64,000 bases of DNA from Torpedo marmorata (taxonomy: Eukaryota), in assembly GCA_977017645.1 (NCBI GenBank), contig OZ360229.1, forward strand, positions 95,170,001 through 95,234,000. Reading direction: 5' to 3'. The notes under the pieces are model-generated. The model saw only the letters and a program-made list of their open reading frames with translations. It did no database searches and had not been told where the DNA came from. Below, in pieces: positions 1 to 13,559 of the stretch. The position numbers and the translations under genes are program-made. Each line of letters opens with the position of its first letter. The stretch's first letter is position 1.

Positions 1-2012
1 CTGTGGGCTTGCAGGTGGTGATTCCAGGTAACAGGCTGAGCTCATTATGCCTGGCCCATTAAAACCCACCCAGCAGACAGCTTCTGGTCAACTCCAATTG
101 GAAAATAGAACAACACACAACAGTAATCCAGTAGTACAAAGCATTTTGGTTCAATAAACATACATTTAATCTTGCATGTACAACTTAGTTTTCCAGATGG
201 AGAGCAGGAGGCAATGACTGGTGCTATACGTCATAAGAAACAGGATTAGTGCTGGTCAAATTTCTGTTGTTCTGGTTGGGTAAGAGCAAAACAGACACTG
301 ACCAGTCACAAACTAAATTGCACAATAGAGCCAGGGTGGTGCGAATGTAGAGCTCATAGCTACCTGCAGTTGTTGGGGTGAATAACCCTGGTGTCTTTCA
401 GGGAAACCCAGATAAGATGAGCAGAAACACTGACAGGAGTCATATGGGCTATGTTTCTGTGCTGTAAATTTAATACAATTTGGAGCAGTGCTTAATATTT
501 AGGCTCTGAATTGATTCCCTACATCTTTCTGCATTTCAATTTCTCTCTTAGATACTCCTTAAAACCTATTCCTTTGACCAAGGTTTTGGTCACCTTTTAT
601 CCTTTTATCTCTTCGTAGCTTCACATCAAATGTTGCCTGGTAATCCTGAGAAGCTAATCACTATACTACATAAATATACCTAGCTGCTCACATGCAATCA
701 CTATCCAGGATTTCCTCCTCACAGCGTGATCAGTGCTGTCATGTCTACACTTCATTACTTGTGATGGATAGAAAGTTTGGACTCCTTGCCATGTTTTTAA
801 CCCTGCTCCAACCAGGCTAGATCAAGGGAATGGCAAGTGTAGGGTGGGGTGGGGTCATGCTTTTCAAAGCCAAATAAACTCAGTCGTGAGTGACAACCTT
901 GAGCACACAGCAAACAGGAACTGCCTTTCACAAGGATCCTTGATTAATGCTTAACTCGGTTTCATGGTACAGTACCTCAGCAAGGCCGAGTCAAAGAAAT
1001 CACAAAGGTTTTATGTTCTGCCCTTTAAATACCTTTGCCATGTAATAAGAATGTTTTATGAAGCCCTACTTTGTCCTGTACATGTATAATCCCTGATTAC
1101 ACAGCCAGGTTGGTGACATCTGCTTCTTCATGTACACTGAGAATTTGCTGTCTTGTAAACTCCATGCAGTGCACCACTTTGCCAACTTTGAACAAAAGAT
1201 CTCTTCTATTCCTCATCTATTATAAAACCTTTGATAGGGATTCATGCGTAACTCCCCCTTCTCTGGGGTTTCAAACATGTTGATGGTTCCCAACAAAGGG
1301 AACAATGTTGAAAATGAGTCAGCCCACTTTGGACAGTTGCACAGCTGCCATGGTATGGTTTGAATATTCCTCTGGATCAATAGTTCAGAACGCTGTTTGC
1401 TGGACCAATCACTTCACCATTATGTTTCCATACATATTGTCATTGAAGTAATGCAATCACTTCTGCTCTGGAGTTGGACCGAGAACTTAATGAGCATTGA
1501 ATCTAGTTCCAAAGTACATTGAGAGGTATTAAAACATGACACCCTTGAAATTTGATTTTATATGGTTATAGCAGGAGCATTGCTCTGGTTAAGATTCAGC
1601 CACAAAAGCAATGTGTATACTATGTGGCTGTTTTGTTTCCTTACATGGACTAGATACAAAATGAAGATTGAATTGCAGCATTTGATAATCTCCCTTTACA
1701 TTCACTTGTATTACAGCCCTTTTTGGGATCTCTTCCAAATTACCCTCCTCTCTCTGTGCAAAAGAATGGTTCCTCCATATGCAATGCACAACCAGGCAGA
1801 AGGACGATAAGACTCCAGCAATCAGTCTCTGAGATAGTGCCGTGTATCTAACAAAGGTAATTTGTTCTTAATAAACAAGATTGTTTTCTTTCAATTATTT
1901 CTGTTACTTGGGGGTCACGTGATGCGGAGATAAGGAGAAGACACGGACCCAAGGGCTCCCTGATAGATCGATATTTAAAGCCATTTAGAACAGTCAGTTT
2001 AGCATTAAATAC

Positions 2013-2970
2013 ATGAATATCTCTTCAAATATGGGAAAGACGACAAAACACCAAGTTTCTGCGGAAGAAGGAGCCTCCAGGTCGCCGATATCAACGGGTG
2101 ATTCTCCTCACGGGAGCGGTGGTTTGGGAACCTCCATTATGACGCCGGCGCTGGAAGAGGCGAGTGGGGCCCCAGAGCCCACATCGTGGGATATCCTGCA
2201 AGCTGTGCAGGCTCTAGCCGGCAAGATTACTGGGCTCGAAGCCAATTTTACTGGACTAGATGCCAAGATTGCTGGGCTCCACGCCAAGTTTGGAGAGCTC
2301 ACAGCTGGGATCAGAGAGCTGAAGAACTCCTTTGGAACTTTAACGTCCGGAGTGGGGGAGGTTGAAGATAAAATGGAGGACGTCCAGGAGAGGCTAGAAA
2401 AGCAGGAAAATAATATAGATGCATGGAAAGTGGAGAGAGACAATATTTTGGAGAAGCTTGATAGGCTGGAGAACTTTAGCAGGAGGAATAATATCAGGAT
2501 AATTGGGCTGAAGGAGGGGAAGGAGGGGAAAGATGCAGTGGGTTTTTTTGAAAGGTGGATCCCAAAGATCCTGGGCCAGGAAAACTTAAAAAAAAACTTT
2601 ATTCATAGAAAGGACCCTTGGACCCCGACCAGACCCAGGCCAACGACCAAGACCAGTCCTGGTACGTTTGCTCAACTACCAGGACCGGGAGAGGATCCTG
2701 CGCGTGGCAACCACATGTGCGAGAGAAAATGGCGGGCCCATTGATCCAGAGGGGGAGAAGGTACTTTTCTTCCCAGACCTGAGTGCGGCCTTGGTGAAGC
2801 GTCGGAGGGTGTTCGACACAGTGAAGCAACAGCTGAGAGCGAAGGGGATCCCATATGCGCTACTCCACTCCGCGACGCTGAGGCTCGACACACCAGAAGG
2901 AGGCAGAAAGTTCTTCGGGATGCCCCAGGAGGCTGCGGACTTTGTTCGAGACCTCCCGGGGAGATCCTAA
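2013..2970 (+). pseudogene. L1 ORF1p (coiled coil + RRM/CTD), frameshifted
   Basis: Heptad coiled coil followed by LENFSRRNNIRIIGLKEG; continues in another frame after the A-run near 2590 with FFPDLSAALVKRRRVF...GIPYALLHSATLR, all typical of L1 ORF1p. Confidence 0.92.
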
Positions 2971-3449
2971 GGTTTGGAGAAAAGAACGAGGAGGAAAGAA
3001 GGACTTTGATTGAACTTAAAGTGGGACGCTGGTTAAGAGGGATGGGTTTTTTTCTGTAATAGTATCGTTATACTGAGTTGTGTTATATTGTGTAAATAAT
3101 GGTTTTTAAGGTAAATAATATAAAGAGGCAAAGAGCCCAGGGGGAGTTGGGCGGTACGAAGTTAGCTGGTTAACTAGTTAATTAAGTATGCCAAAGAGGG
3201 CACTAAGTGCACCCCGTCTTGAGGGGGTTGATGGCGCCAAAGGAGTGGGTGTTGTTGTTGGTGCTGGAGCAAGGGGAAGGGACATTTTTTTTAATCTGCG
3301 GTGTTTTTTCGCGGGCTTTTGGGGTTTTTTTTTAGCGTCATTGTCAGTGCTGAACAGATATATATATTATTGTAAAAAGGGACAGACACACCATAGAAAA
3401 AATATACAAAGGGGCTATAAAAATGGGATGGAACTGTACATATATTCAA

Positions 3450-6400
3450 ATGAGTAAGACTATAAAATGTCTTAGTTTTAATGTTAATGGATTGAACAGA
3501 CCCATAAAGAGGAAAAGAGTCTTGGCACACCTTAAAAAGCTACAGGCGGATATAGTTTTCTTACAGGAAACGCATCTTACAAAGCAGGAGCATAGCAAAT
3601 TAAAAAAAGGTTGGGTGGGACAGATAGCTGCATCTTCTTTTAACTCCAAAGCTGGGGGGGGTAGCTATCTTAATAAATAAAAATGTTCCGGTGGTGGTTG
3701 GGGACACGGTTGTTGACACCGCAAGAAGATATGTGATGGTACATTGTCAGATTTACTCAGAACCCTGGACACTCTTGAATCTTTACGCACCAAATTTTGA
3801 TGACGAGTCATTTATGCAGAATATATTTATGAGAGTGACAGGAGGACAACAAAACATTTTGATTGGTGGGGATTTTAACTTCTGTCTGCATCCCATTCTG
3901 GTTAAATCGGCAAAGACAGTTAAGAAAGCCAGGGCGGCTAAAACAACCTTGGCTTTCATGAAAGAATTAAACCTAATAGATGTATGGAGACAGTTGCACC
4001 CTCAAGCTAGAGACTACTCCTTTTATTCAAAGCCCCATGATTCTTACACCAGAATTGACTATTTCCTGATGTCTGCACAATTAGAAGACAGAGTGATTGA
4101 ATCGGAATATCAAGCCAGACTTCTATCGGACCACGCGCCCTTGATTTTGTCTATGGCAATGCCAGATAAACAAGCTAATGCGTACAGATGGCGCCTTAAT
4201 TCTACGCTGTTGAAAAGGCCAGATTTCTGTAGTTTTATAAGGGGTCAGATAAGTTTGTTTTGCGAAACAAACTGCCCCTCTACTAATAATAGTTTTATAA
4301 TATGGGATACATTGAAGGCGTATCTAAGGGGGCAAATAATTTCATACACCAAAAATGTCAAGAAAAAATATATGGCGGAAATAAACAATTTGGAAGGGGA
4401 GATTTTAAAATTGGAAAAGGAATACCAACAGTCGGGATCAAAAGAAAAATATCAAACTTTGGTAAATAAGAAACTTAAATATAATACTTTACAAACATAC
4501 AAAATGGAGAAGGACATTTTAAGATCTAAGTAGAAATACTATGAATTAGGGGAAAGAGCACATAAGGTTTTGTCTTGGCAATTGAGGACAGAGGAGACTT
4601 CGAGGACAATTAGTGCAGTTCAGTCGGCACCGGATAAGATATCGTACAATCCAAAAGAGATCAATGACACTTTTAAACAGTTTTATGCAAGATTGTATGA
4701 GTCAGAGTCGCCAAGTGACTCAACTACAACAGATGACTTCCTGTCCACGATTGAATTGCCAAAGTTGGACTAGGAGGATCAGATGGAATTAGGTGCCCCA
4801 TTCTCCGAAGAGGAGATTGAAAAAGCCTTGGGTTCTCTACAGGCGAAAAAATCGCCGGGAGAAGATGGTTTCCCGCCTGAGTTCTACAGAGAGTTTAAGG
4901 ATCTTTTGATGCCTCTTATTATGAATGTAGTTAACCGGGCGGCGGAAACACGGACTCTCCCGTAATCCTTTACAACAGCTATTATTACGGTTATACCAAA
5001 GAAAAATAGAGACCCATTAAAACCTTCTTCATCCAGGCCCATTTCATTATTAAATGCAGACTACAAAATAATAGCTAAGGCATTGGCTAATAGATTGGGT
5101 CAATATTTACCAAAATTGATAAATTCGGATCAAGTCGGCTTTATTAAGAAGAGACACTCAGCCAACAATTTGGGCAGACTATTGAGTATTATACATTTGG
5201 CACAATCAAAGGCAGACCCAAGTATAACCGTGTCTTTGGATGCGGAAAAAGCTTTCGATAAGCTGGAATGGCCTTTCTTATTTAAAGTACTGGAGAAATT
5301 TTGATTGGGAGAATCATTTATTAATTGGGTAAGAACGCTCTATTACAAACCTTGGGCCAAGATCATTACGAATGGCCAGATATCGTCGACATTCCCCTTA
5401 AGTAGGTCTAGCAGACAGGGTTGTCCACTGTCTCCAGGTCTTTTTGTCTTGGCAATTGAGCCACTGGCAGAATCTATTAGGCGGGACCCAGACATAAAAG
5501 GATTCAGGGTGGACCAGGTGGATCATAAAATTAATTTATTTGCAGATGATGTGTTGTTGTATTTGACAAACCCTGCCGAGTCCTTGGCCAGGTTGCAGAC
5601 CACACTGGAAGATTATGGCATAATTTCGGGTTACAAAATCAATTTAGAAAAAAGTGAGATCATGCCGTTGACAAAATTTGATTACGGGGAATATCAACAA
5701 AAGAGTCGCTTTAAGTGGCAACCAAAGGGTATTAAATATTTGGGAATAATGATTGAGAATGATTTGCAAAATTTGTATAGACTTAACTACTTCCCTATGC
5801 TTGGAAAGATCGAAGACGATTTACTTAGGTGGAGGGACCTGCCCATTACTCTAGTGGGCAGGGTGAACTGCATTAAAATGAAGGTGATGCCGAGACTGCA
5901 ATACCTCTTTCAGTCCTTGCCAATCCTATTGCCACGGGGTTCTTTTTTAAAATGCTTAACGGACATGTAAGGCAATTTATCTGGAGTGGTAAGGTCTCCA
6001 GAGTTTCCATGGAGAAACTGACATGGGATTACAATTTGGGGGGTTTGCGATTACCAGATTTTAAGAAATATTATTTAGCAGCTCAGTCGAGGTATCTTTC
6101 ATCCTTTTTCGAGGGGGACGATCCCCCCTCGTGGGTCCAAATTGGACTACACACCATAGGAGAGAAAATAGCGAAGGATTTTATCTACAAATGGAACACC
6201 AAATTAATATCTAGGCGAACGGACAATCCCATTCTAAAACATATGATTAAGATTTGGCAGGAAATCATTGAATGTACTGGAGGAAAGGTGGAAATATCCA
6301 AAACGAAACTATACCCATGGCTTTGGGTAACAAAATTTTAAACATTTGGCACCAGAAGCGACTCCGATATATTGAAGACTGTTACGAGAAAGGGCAACTT

Positions 6401-7207
6401 ATGTCTTTTGAGCAATTGAAGAGTAAATATGATTTGTCTAATGGAACCTTCTACTGTTTTCTTCAACTAAGGTCCTTCTTGAGGGATAGATGGGGTCCTA
6501 CAATGACCCCACCTAGGTGTAATGAAACGGAAAAGTTGCTTCGATTGGGAAATGCACCTAAATTCATATCGAGAATGTATTTCGTACTCCAAAGCGAAAG
6601 CCCTAAGCCGGGCCTACAAATATCGAGAGAGAGGTGGGAGTCGGACTTGGGAACAACAATTCATGAACGATGCTGGTCAGACTGGTGTTCAGATAGCATG
6701 ACAGCAGTCATTAATGCCAGATATAGGCTGGTTCAATATAATTTCCTACACCAATTGTATCTCACACCACAAAAACTACACAAGTCAAAACCAGAGATAT
6801 CAGAAATGTGTTTCAGGTGTGGGATAGAAATTGGATCCTTTTTACACTCCACCTGGTCATGAGCAAAGGTAAGGCCCTTTTGGCATGATTTGGCTAACGT
6901 ACTAACTAGGATTATGGGAGTAGCCTTCCCACCAGACCCGGAGTTGTATCTTTTAGGAAACCTCATGGACATAAGCAACAGATTATCTAAATTCCAAATT
7001 CAATTTGTAAAAGTTGCTCTGTCCGTAGCAAAAAAATGCATTGCAGTTACTTGGAAGTCCGACTCCCCCCTTCTCATTACTCGATGGTCTACGGAAATGT
7101 ACAGCTGTATCCCCATGGAAAAAATTACATATAGTCTTAGAAATAAGTACGATAACTTTGTTAAAGTGTGGCAACCATACTTGGAGCACATTGGTGCTCA
7201 GTTGTAA
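3450..7207 (+). pseudogene. L1 ORF2p (APE endonuclease, reverse transcriptase, C-terminal Cys-rich region), disrupted
   Basis: Endonuclease motifs SFNVNGL, FLQETH, GGDFN, RIDYF, SDHAP; RT motifs KSPGEDG, SLDAEKAFD, RQGCPLSP, LFADDV; C-terminal CFRC...H. In-frame stops at 4531, 4771, 4963, 5302 and 6860; frameshifts near 3660, 5945 and 6300. Confidence 0.95.
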
Positions 7208-7661
7208 CCAAACCCCTGAGGTATGGTATACTGTAAGGTATAATTATTTTAAGGGTGTGTCATCCCCAAATACTTGGACAAAAGTTGTAAGCGCTGACGG
7301 TACGTTTAGTTTTCTTTTCCTTTTCTTTTTCTTGTTTTGGTTATTCTTTTTGGGTAGGGGAGGGAGGGTTAAAGGGCGTAATGTATTCTGTACTTTATAC
7401 GTTTGAAATTTATGTATATTCATGATTGTTTATTAATGTTTTGTGAAAATTTTGAAAATGAAAAATAAAATATTTTTTAAATAATTATTTCTGTTACTTA
7501 TCATAAAATGTATAATGAATAGGAAAATTGGCTGTCTAATTGAAAGTCAGGGTTCATCCAAATGAACAATGACTATTATTCTCAGTTTTCAATGGGCATA
7601 AGAAGAAGAATTGAGTGGCATGGATAATTAGGGTAATCAGGGACTGAGCAATGTCCATTAA

Positions 7662-7878
7662 CTTGGGAATGTAAGCAATGTTATTGCAGCGCCAGCAACC
7701 TCGGTTCGAATCCGGCGCTGTCTGAAAGGAGTTTGTACATTCTCTCCGTGTTTGCGTGGGTTTCCTGTGGGTGCTTCGGTTTCCTCCCACCCTCCAAAAC
7801 GTACGGTTAATTGGGCAGCAGGGGTTAGTGGGTCGGAAGGGCCTTGTTACCGTGATGTATGTCTACATTTTTTTTAAA
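7662..7878 (+). mobile_element. HE1-like (V-domain) tRNA-derived SINE
   Basis: B-box GGTTCGAATCC, V-domain-type core GGAGTTTGTACATTCTC...GGTTTCCTCCCAC, CR1-like tail; four more copies in the window. Confidence 0.8.
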
Positions 7879-10084
7879 TGCCCTGAAATTTATTTGCATA
7901 ATGCTGCTTTATTTCCAGGATCATGCAACCATAGATTGATTTTCCATTTCTGGGTAATTTTACAGAACTCCAGAAATTTCATCAAGCATTTTTGGGCATA
8001 AATTAACATTGCACATTTCATGAGATTTCCCTTTCAGGGCACATTGGATGATGTAATTCCCTGTTCAATGCTCACTGTTGTAGAGGAACTTGAACCATGT
8101 TATCACAATAATGACCATTCTTGGGCATTGCTTGGACCAAAGCACCAGACTGTGATTCCATCAGATGTCGCTTTCTCATCTTTAATCCCTTGAGCATTCT
8201 CACCCCACACTGCATAAATTTGCCACCATACCCCTTTAGCAGGTTGCAATTTATTACACATTCAATTTACTGAAAGCAGGTAGAGTTCTTTCAGCTCTGT
8301 AGCTGTATTTAGCAGTTAGTAATGAATTTGATTGTGCTTAATGTATTTAAAACAAGTTCTCTAGAGCTATTACCAATTAATACCCATGGAAATTTGGGAA
8401 TAAGAACTGACTGGTGAGTGAATATTTTGATTTATGACCCAAGCACCAGTATTGAAATCCAATAACCCCAACTGACATTTGAATAGGGCCTTTACTGTTG
8501 TAAAATATTCTGTGGTGGAGCTCAGATGCAATTATTGAAAGAGATTACACATAAGACTTCATGTCAACCAGCAAAAACTCAATTGAAGATGTAGGATTTA
8601 GGAGTGTCATGAAGGAGCAGTGCGTGGCAGAAGGGATTGGATTGGGAAGTACTAAGTTGGAGCAGAAAATTTTCAGGACGTACAAGAAGTTAGGATTGGC
8701 ATGAAAGTCTCCTCTGTGTCCTAGTTGTAAAGATCTATTACCTAATGAGGAGGTGGTTCATTTCGAATGGGCACAGGTTATCCCTATCTCAATAACAAAT
8801 TAGATTGCTGTGGAGTAGGTTTACATAGATCGGCACGGCATTGTGCGCTAAAAGGCGTGTACTTTGTTGTAACGTTCTATCTCATCCATGATTGTTACTG
8901 GGTTTCCACTCTCACAGGGAGGACAAAATATATCAGGGAAATAAAAACAAAATCTCCCTCTGACTTTGGAGAGCATTATTCTGGGACTGGATATGAAGCA
9001 CATTGTCAGAACAGAGAAACAATGGATTTCATTTCACATCTGACTTTGTTAGATTTAATCTGAACATACTCACTTTTGCTATTTTTTATATTCTGGAAAT
9101 AAAAATCACAATATGATCAAGATAACTATCCACATAAAACAATTTGTGCAAATAATATCAGAAGTAGGGCTGAGCATGGAATGTAAGTGCTGAGTCACAC
9201 ACACAACTGCTCTGCTTCCTGCTGTGTATTGTTATACCTTCCAATGCATCCTTTAGGGGTTCATAGTTCACTTTGTTGAAGTATACAGCACAAGGAAGCC
9301 ATTTGGCCCTCAGATCTCCAATGCCTTCATGAGTGCACTGACATACAGCATATATGTCAGTTGATATTTATGTACAAAGCAGCACGCTTAAAATTATTTC
9401 CATGTTGAGCTTTTATCTTACAGACTGACCATCTGTGAAAAGTATTTCAATGTGGAGAAGTAGATGACAATACACATGACTCCACCAGCAAATAAGATCA
9501 CAGTTCACGCATGCACATATGCAGATAGAAGGCCACACTAGAAGATAAACTATGGAGCTTCCTTTTGTAAAGAAAAAGTTTTGAATCTATCAATATACTT
9601 ATATTATGAACAATTATAAATCCAGTTTAGTAATTGGGTTTGAGAGTCCTTTTGATGTTTTAGGTTTTGATGTTGAATCTAATTTCAAACTATTCAATAA
9701 TGGATCTGAACACAAAACCCCTGTTTGTGAGACATATTTGACTTTGTAGCTCACTTCCCAGAGTACTCATTGCATCTAACTTGAACACATTTTCATAGTT
9801 GAGTCATTCATTATCTGGATTTGATTAATCTTTAGCGCTTAATTGATTCATATATTTTGTTCTGCAAGAACAATTTGAATTTTGACATAAATTTCGGTCA
9901 GATAAATCTGGACTCTTCAAAACACCACAGTGGTTCATACCTTTTATTTGTTTGAGCTTTACATGTGAGGCAACATAAGCATGGTCACTATGTTTGAAAG
10001 TTCAGTGATTCTGATTAGTATCATATAGACGTCTTTGACTCAATTGTTTGACTGTCGAAGCCAAACATAGTTGGACAAAGCTAG

Positions 10085-10412
10085 TGTGGTCTCAAACCAG
10101 GCCCTTCACTTCCTTCTCCAATTAGAGAGTTATCTTTCTTAGCCCTCTGCCCTCTCCCCCATCACTTCTCAGCTTCTTTCTCTTCTTCACCCTCCCACCT
10201 GTATCTACCTATTACCTGTAAGCCTGTGCTCCTCCCCCTTCCCCTGCCCACCGCCAGCTTTTTATTAGGGCACCTGCCTGATTTTCACCACTCCTAAAGA
10301 AGGGCTCATGACTGAAACATAAACTGCCTTGTGTTTTCTATAGATGCTGCATGACCTGCTGAGTTTCTCCAACACTCTTGCATTAGACCCCAGCATCTGC
10401 AAATTTCTTGTT
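10085..10412 (+). mobile_element. Penelope-like element 3'/pLTR fragment (old)
   Basis: Pyrimidine-rich tract then GAAGGGCTC...GAAAC and GACCTGCTGAGTTTCTCCA, shared with 37332-37624 and 63040-63365. Confidence 0.65.
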
Positions 10413-10606
10413 TACCTACACTTTATAAAGAGTTCTGCAACTTTAACCCTGTGCTGTTGTTCAGAGTGGGCCTGTCATTCTGCAAGAAATATACTATAAT
10501 TTTTTGAGCTGAAGCTTGAATATCCCCATAACATTTGTTTCATTGAGCTTCTTTAACTAGTTTGGCCAATCTCTTGGCTGCTCCATTTGAAGCTCAAAGG
10601 CATCAA

Positions 10607-11441
10607 TCAGAATCAGAATCACAATTTATTGTCATGAAGATGTCACGAAATTCGTTGTTTTGCAGCAGCTTGACAGTGCAAACATTTACATCAACCACAT
10701 TATAAAATAAATAAAAATAGTGCGAGAAAGAAAAAGACAAGTAAGATAATGTCTATGGTTCATTGTTCATTCAGAAATCTGATGGCAGAGGGGAAGAAGC
10801 TGTCCTTGCCGCTGAGTGCTCACCTTCAGGTTCCTGTACCTTTTTCCCAATGGTAGCAGAGTGAAGAGGGCATGGCCTGGGTGGAGGGGGTCCTTGAGGC
10901 TGCTTTCTTAAGACACCACTTCTTGTACATGTCCTCGGTGGAGTGAAGACTGGTGCCTGTGATGTCAACAACCCTTTGGAGTTTTTTCTTGTCCTGAGTG
11001 TAGGCAGCTCCATACCAGACAGTGATGCAACCAGCCAGAATGCTCTCCATGGCACACCTATAGAAGTTTTCAAGAGTCATCGGTGACATACCGAATTTCC
11101 TAAAGCTCCTCACAAAGTATAGCCGCTGGCGAGCCTTCTTCATGATTGCATTGACATGGAGGCTCCAGGACAGATCCTCAGAGATGTTGACACCAAGGAA
11201 TTTGAAGTCGTTGACCCTCTCCATTGCTGACCCCTCGATGAGGACTGGTTCGTGTTCTCCTGGTTTCCTCCTGAAGTCCACAATCATCTCCTTGGTTTTG
11301 CTAACATTGAGTGCCTGGTGGTTGTTTTGTCACCACTCAACTAGCTGATCTATCTCCCTCCTGTACGCTTTCTCATTGCTGTCTGTGATTCTGCCGACAA
11401 CTGTGGTGTCATCGGCAAATTTGTAGATAGCATTTGAATTG
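10607..11441 (-). mobile_element. Rex1/Babar-like LINE, 5'-truncated
   Basis: Minus-strand [51 protein letters not shown]; (TCTGAT)n tail at the low-coordinate end. Confidence 0.9.
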
Positions 11442-13559
11442 TTATCAAAGAGTAAGAGTATGTTTTATATTAATCTGTTTTACAAAGAGACCATAAATGC
11501 AGATTTTTTTGTGGGTTTTTCCTATAATTTTGGCAAAAGAACTACCGGTATTTGTTTACCAATGGTTCAAGGTTATGGTCCAAGAGGTTGGTAAACAGAA
11601 CTTCATGCAATTGCTTTCATTTTGACTATTCCTATGTGTTCAGTATAAAGTTCAAGCAAAATTCTCTCTCAAAGTTGTAGGTGTTTCCACTCGATAACCC
11701 CACATGATGCATCACTGCTCATTTGACATCTCATTGTGATGACTGCAGAACACCTTCAGTTCCTCATCTGAAAGTCGGTGAAATTCTGCCCTTCCATTAA
11801 ATGTCTCTTCGGATCCCTCCATGCACACTCTCCATTAGAAAAATTGCTTCTACGCTCTTATACTGCATCATTTTAGGCTCTCACAATACCTTCCCCTTCA
11901 ACCTATTAGGTATTTTCATCTTAAAGACTATGCCCATTCACTCATTGTTGGTTCTTGACATCAGTCAGAGATGCCTATACTCCCAATGTAATCAGTTGGG
12001 CAGATATGTTCCCTCACTCCTATTCAAATTTGATACTACTAAACTTGATGCATTTAGTACACCAGAGATAAGTCAATGACTTTGTTCACTGCCACTGTGG
12101 CTTGCTATGCTGTTTGTTCTCATCGGGCTTGAACAATGAAATTCCTTGTGAGTGGTCAGAGGAAAATTCCAGGAGAAATCAGTTTTGGTGTTGCAAAATC
12201 ACCTGCCACTCATCACACAAAAGTCAGCAATATTTTTCAACAATCTCTAACAAAAATAATCATCCTCACCATTAATTTGTGTATATTCCTTGAGCAATAT
12301 GTTCTCGGTCCAAAGAAGGAGGCATTTATGACTTTTTCACAGCCGCAGCATAATGGGAAATTCTCGGAAATTTCCCGCCACGCTGGCTGTGTAAAAATGT
12401 CGTGATGGAAATTAGTAACTAATTTCCGTCCCGACATTTTTCCTGCAGCAGCCCTAGACATTTTTGCGGACTGCCTGCAGTCTAAACTGAACTGCAGGCG
12501 GTCCGCAAAAATGGGCTGATGAATACGACGTCTGAGTCGACGTCGACCCACGTCCACCCTCTGGAATCACTGCAACGCAGGAAGTTAGTGTAAACGTCTA
12601 TCCTGTGTGAACGGCCACTCCGGAGGGTAAGTATGCATATTGATGATGGGAAAATCTCGTTACTTATGTCTAAAAATGGTAATTGTTGGATCTGGTGCTA
12701 GAGAATAAGGGAGGCCAAGTGCACCGTGTCAGAATGAGAAACAGAGCCTCTAAGTCAGAAGAGGGCGAACCGCACAAGAATGAAAGGGCATTCACAGCCA
12801 GAGTAAAATAGAAACAAAAGATTGGCAAGAAAAACTGCCAAAGAACAATGGGTGATCTTTGAGGAGCAGCCAAGGTATTTCCCACAAGAGGAATGATCAG
12901 GAAGACAGAGAATATGAGAAATAAAAGAGGTTACATGATGCATGTCAGGTGATTTCTTCCAACAAGAACCAGCATAATAACAGAGAAAATGTGTCGAGAG
13001 AAAAAAATGAGGGGGGAAAATAAGATTGGCAAATAAAATTGGAACAGAATGGCAGTAACGCACAAATCTTCAAGCAGCACATAAATTTTAAGTAGGTAGC
13101 AAGAGCAAGGGCTGGGATTTATTAGGAACAAGGAAGATGATATATGATTCATAAAGTCATAGACAGACACAAGGTCTTCAGCCACTGTGTCTACATACAC
13201 CGACCATCAAACAAGTGTTTATGTTAATCCTACATGCTTAGAGATACAGCGCAAAGATAGAGTGCTTTGTATCCATGTTTACTAAAGAGGAAGATGCTGA
13301 CAAAATATTGGTTAAAATTGTGAAGATAGTAGAGGTAATGGATAAGGTGAAAATGGACAGGCACAAAGGAAAGATGCATGTGGTTGTTGGAGATCAATCA
13401 TCCCAAAACGAGGACATCACTGCTGGGCAGCATCCAGGGCCCAACCATCTCCAGTTGCTTCATCTTCATGTCTTCATGGGTCCCAAAAGTGGACTGGTTC
13501 ATTGAAAATTGCATTCACAAGTTCTCAGCAAATACAACAACCTATGCCCAGATGCTTTA

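Larger units (their letters stand above)
1910..7482 (+). mobile_element. Full-length L1-clade LINE (decayed)
   Basis: 17-bp direct repeat AATTATTTCTGTTACTT at 1893-1909 and 7483-7499 (TSD); starts GGGGG; ORF1 and ORF2 in order; AATAAA at about 7464 before an A/T-rich end. Confidence 0.95.

Noticed and set aside
1033-1216. Minus-strand exon candidate (TAATAG|ATGAGG...AAG|GTATTT)
   Set aside because: All three frames contain stops and the acceptor is weak.
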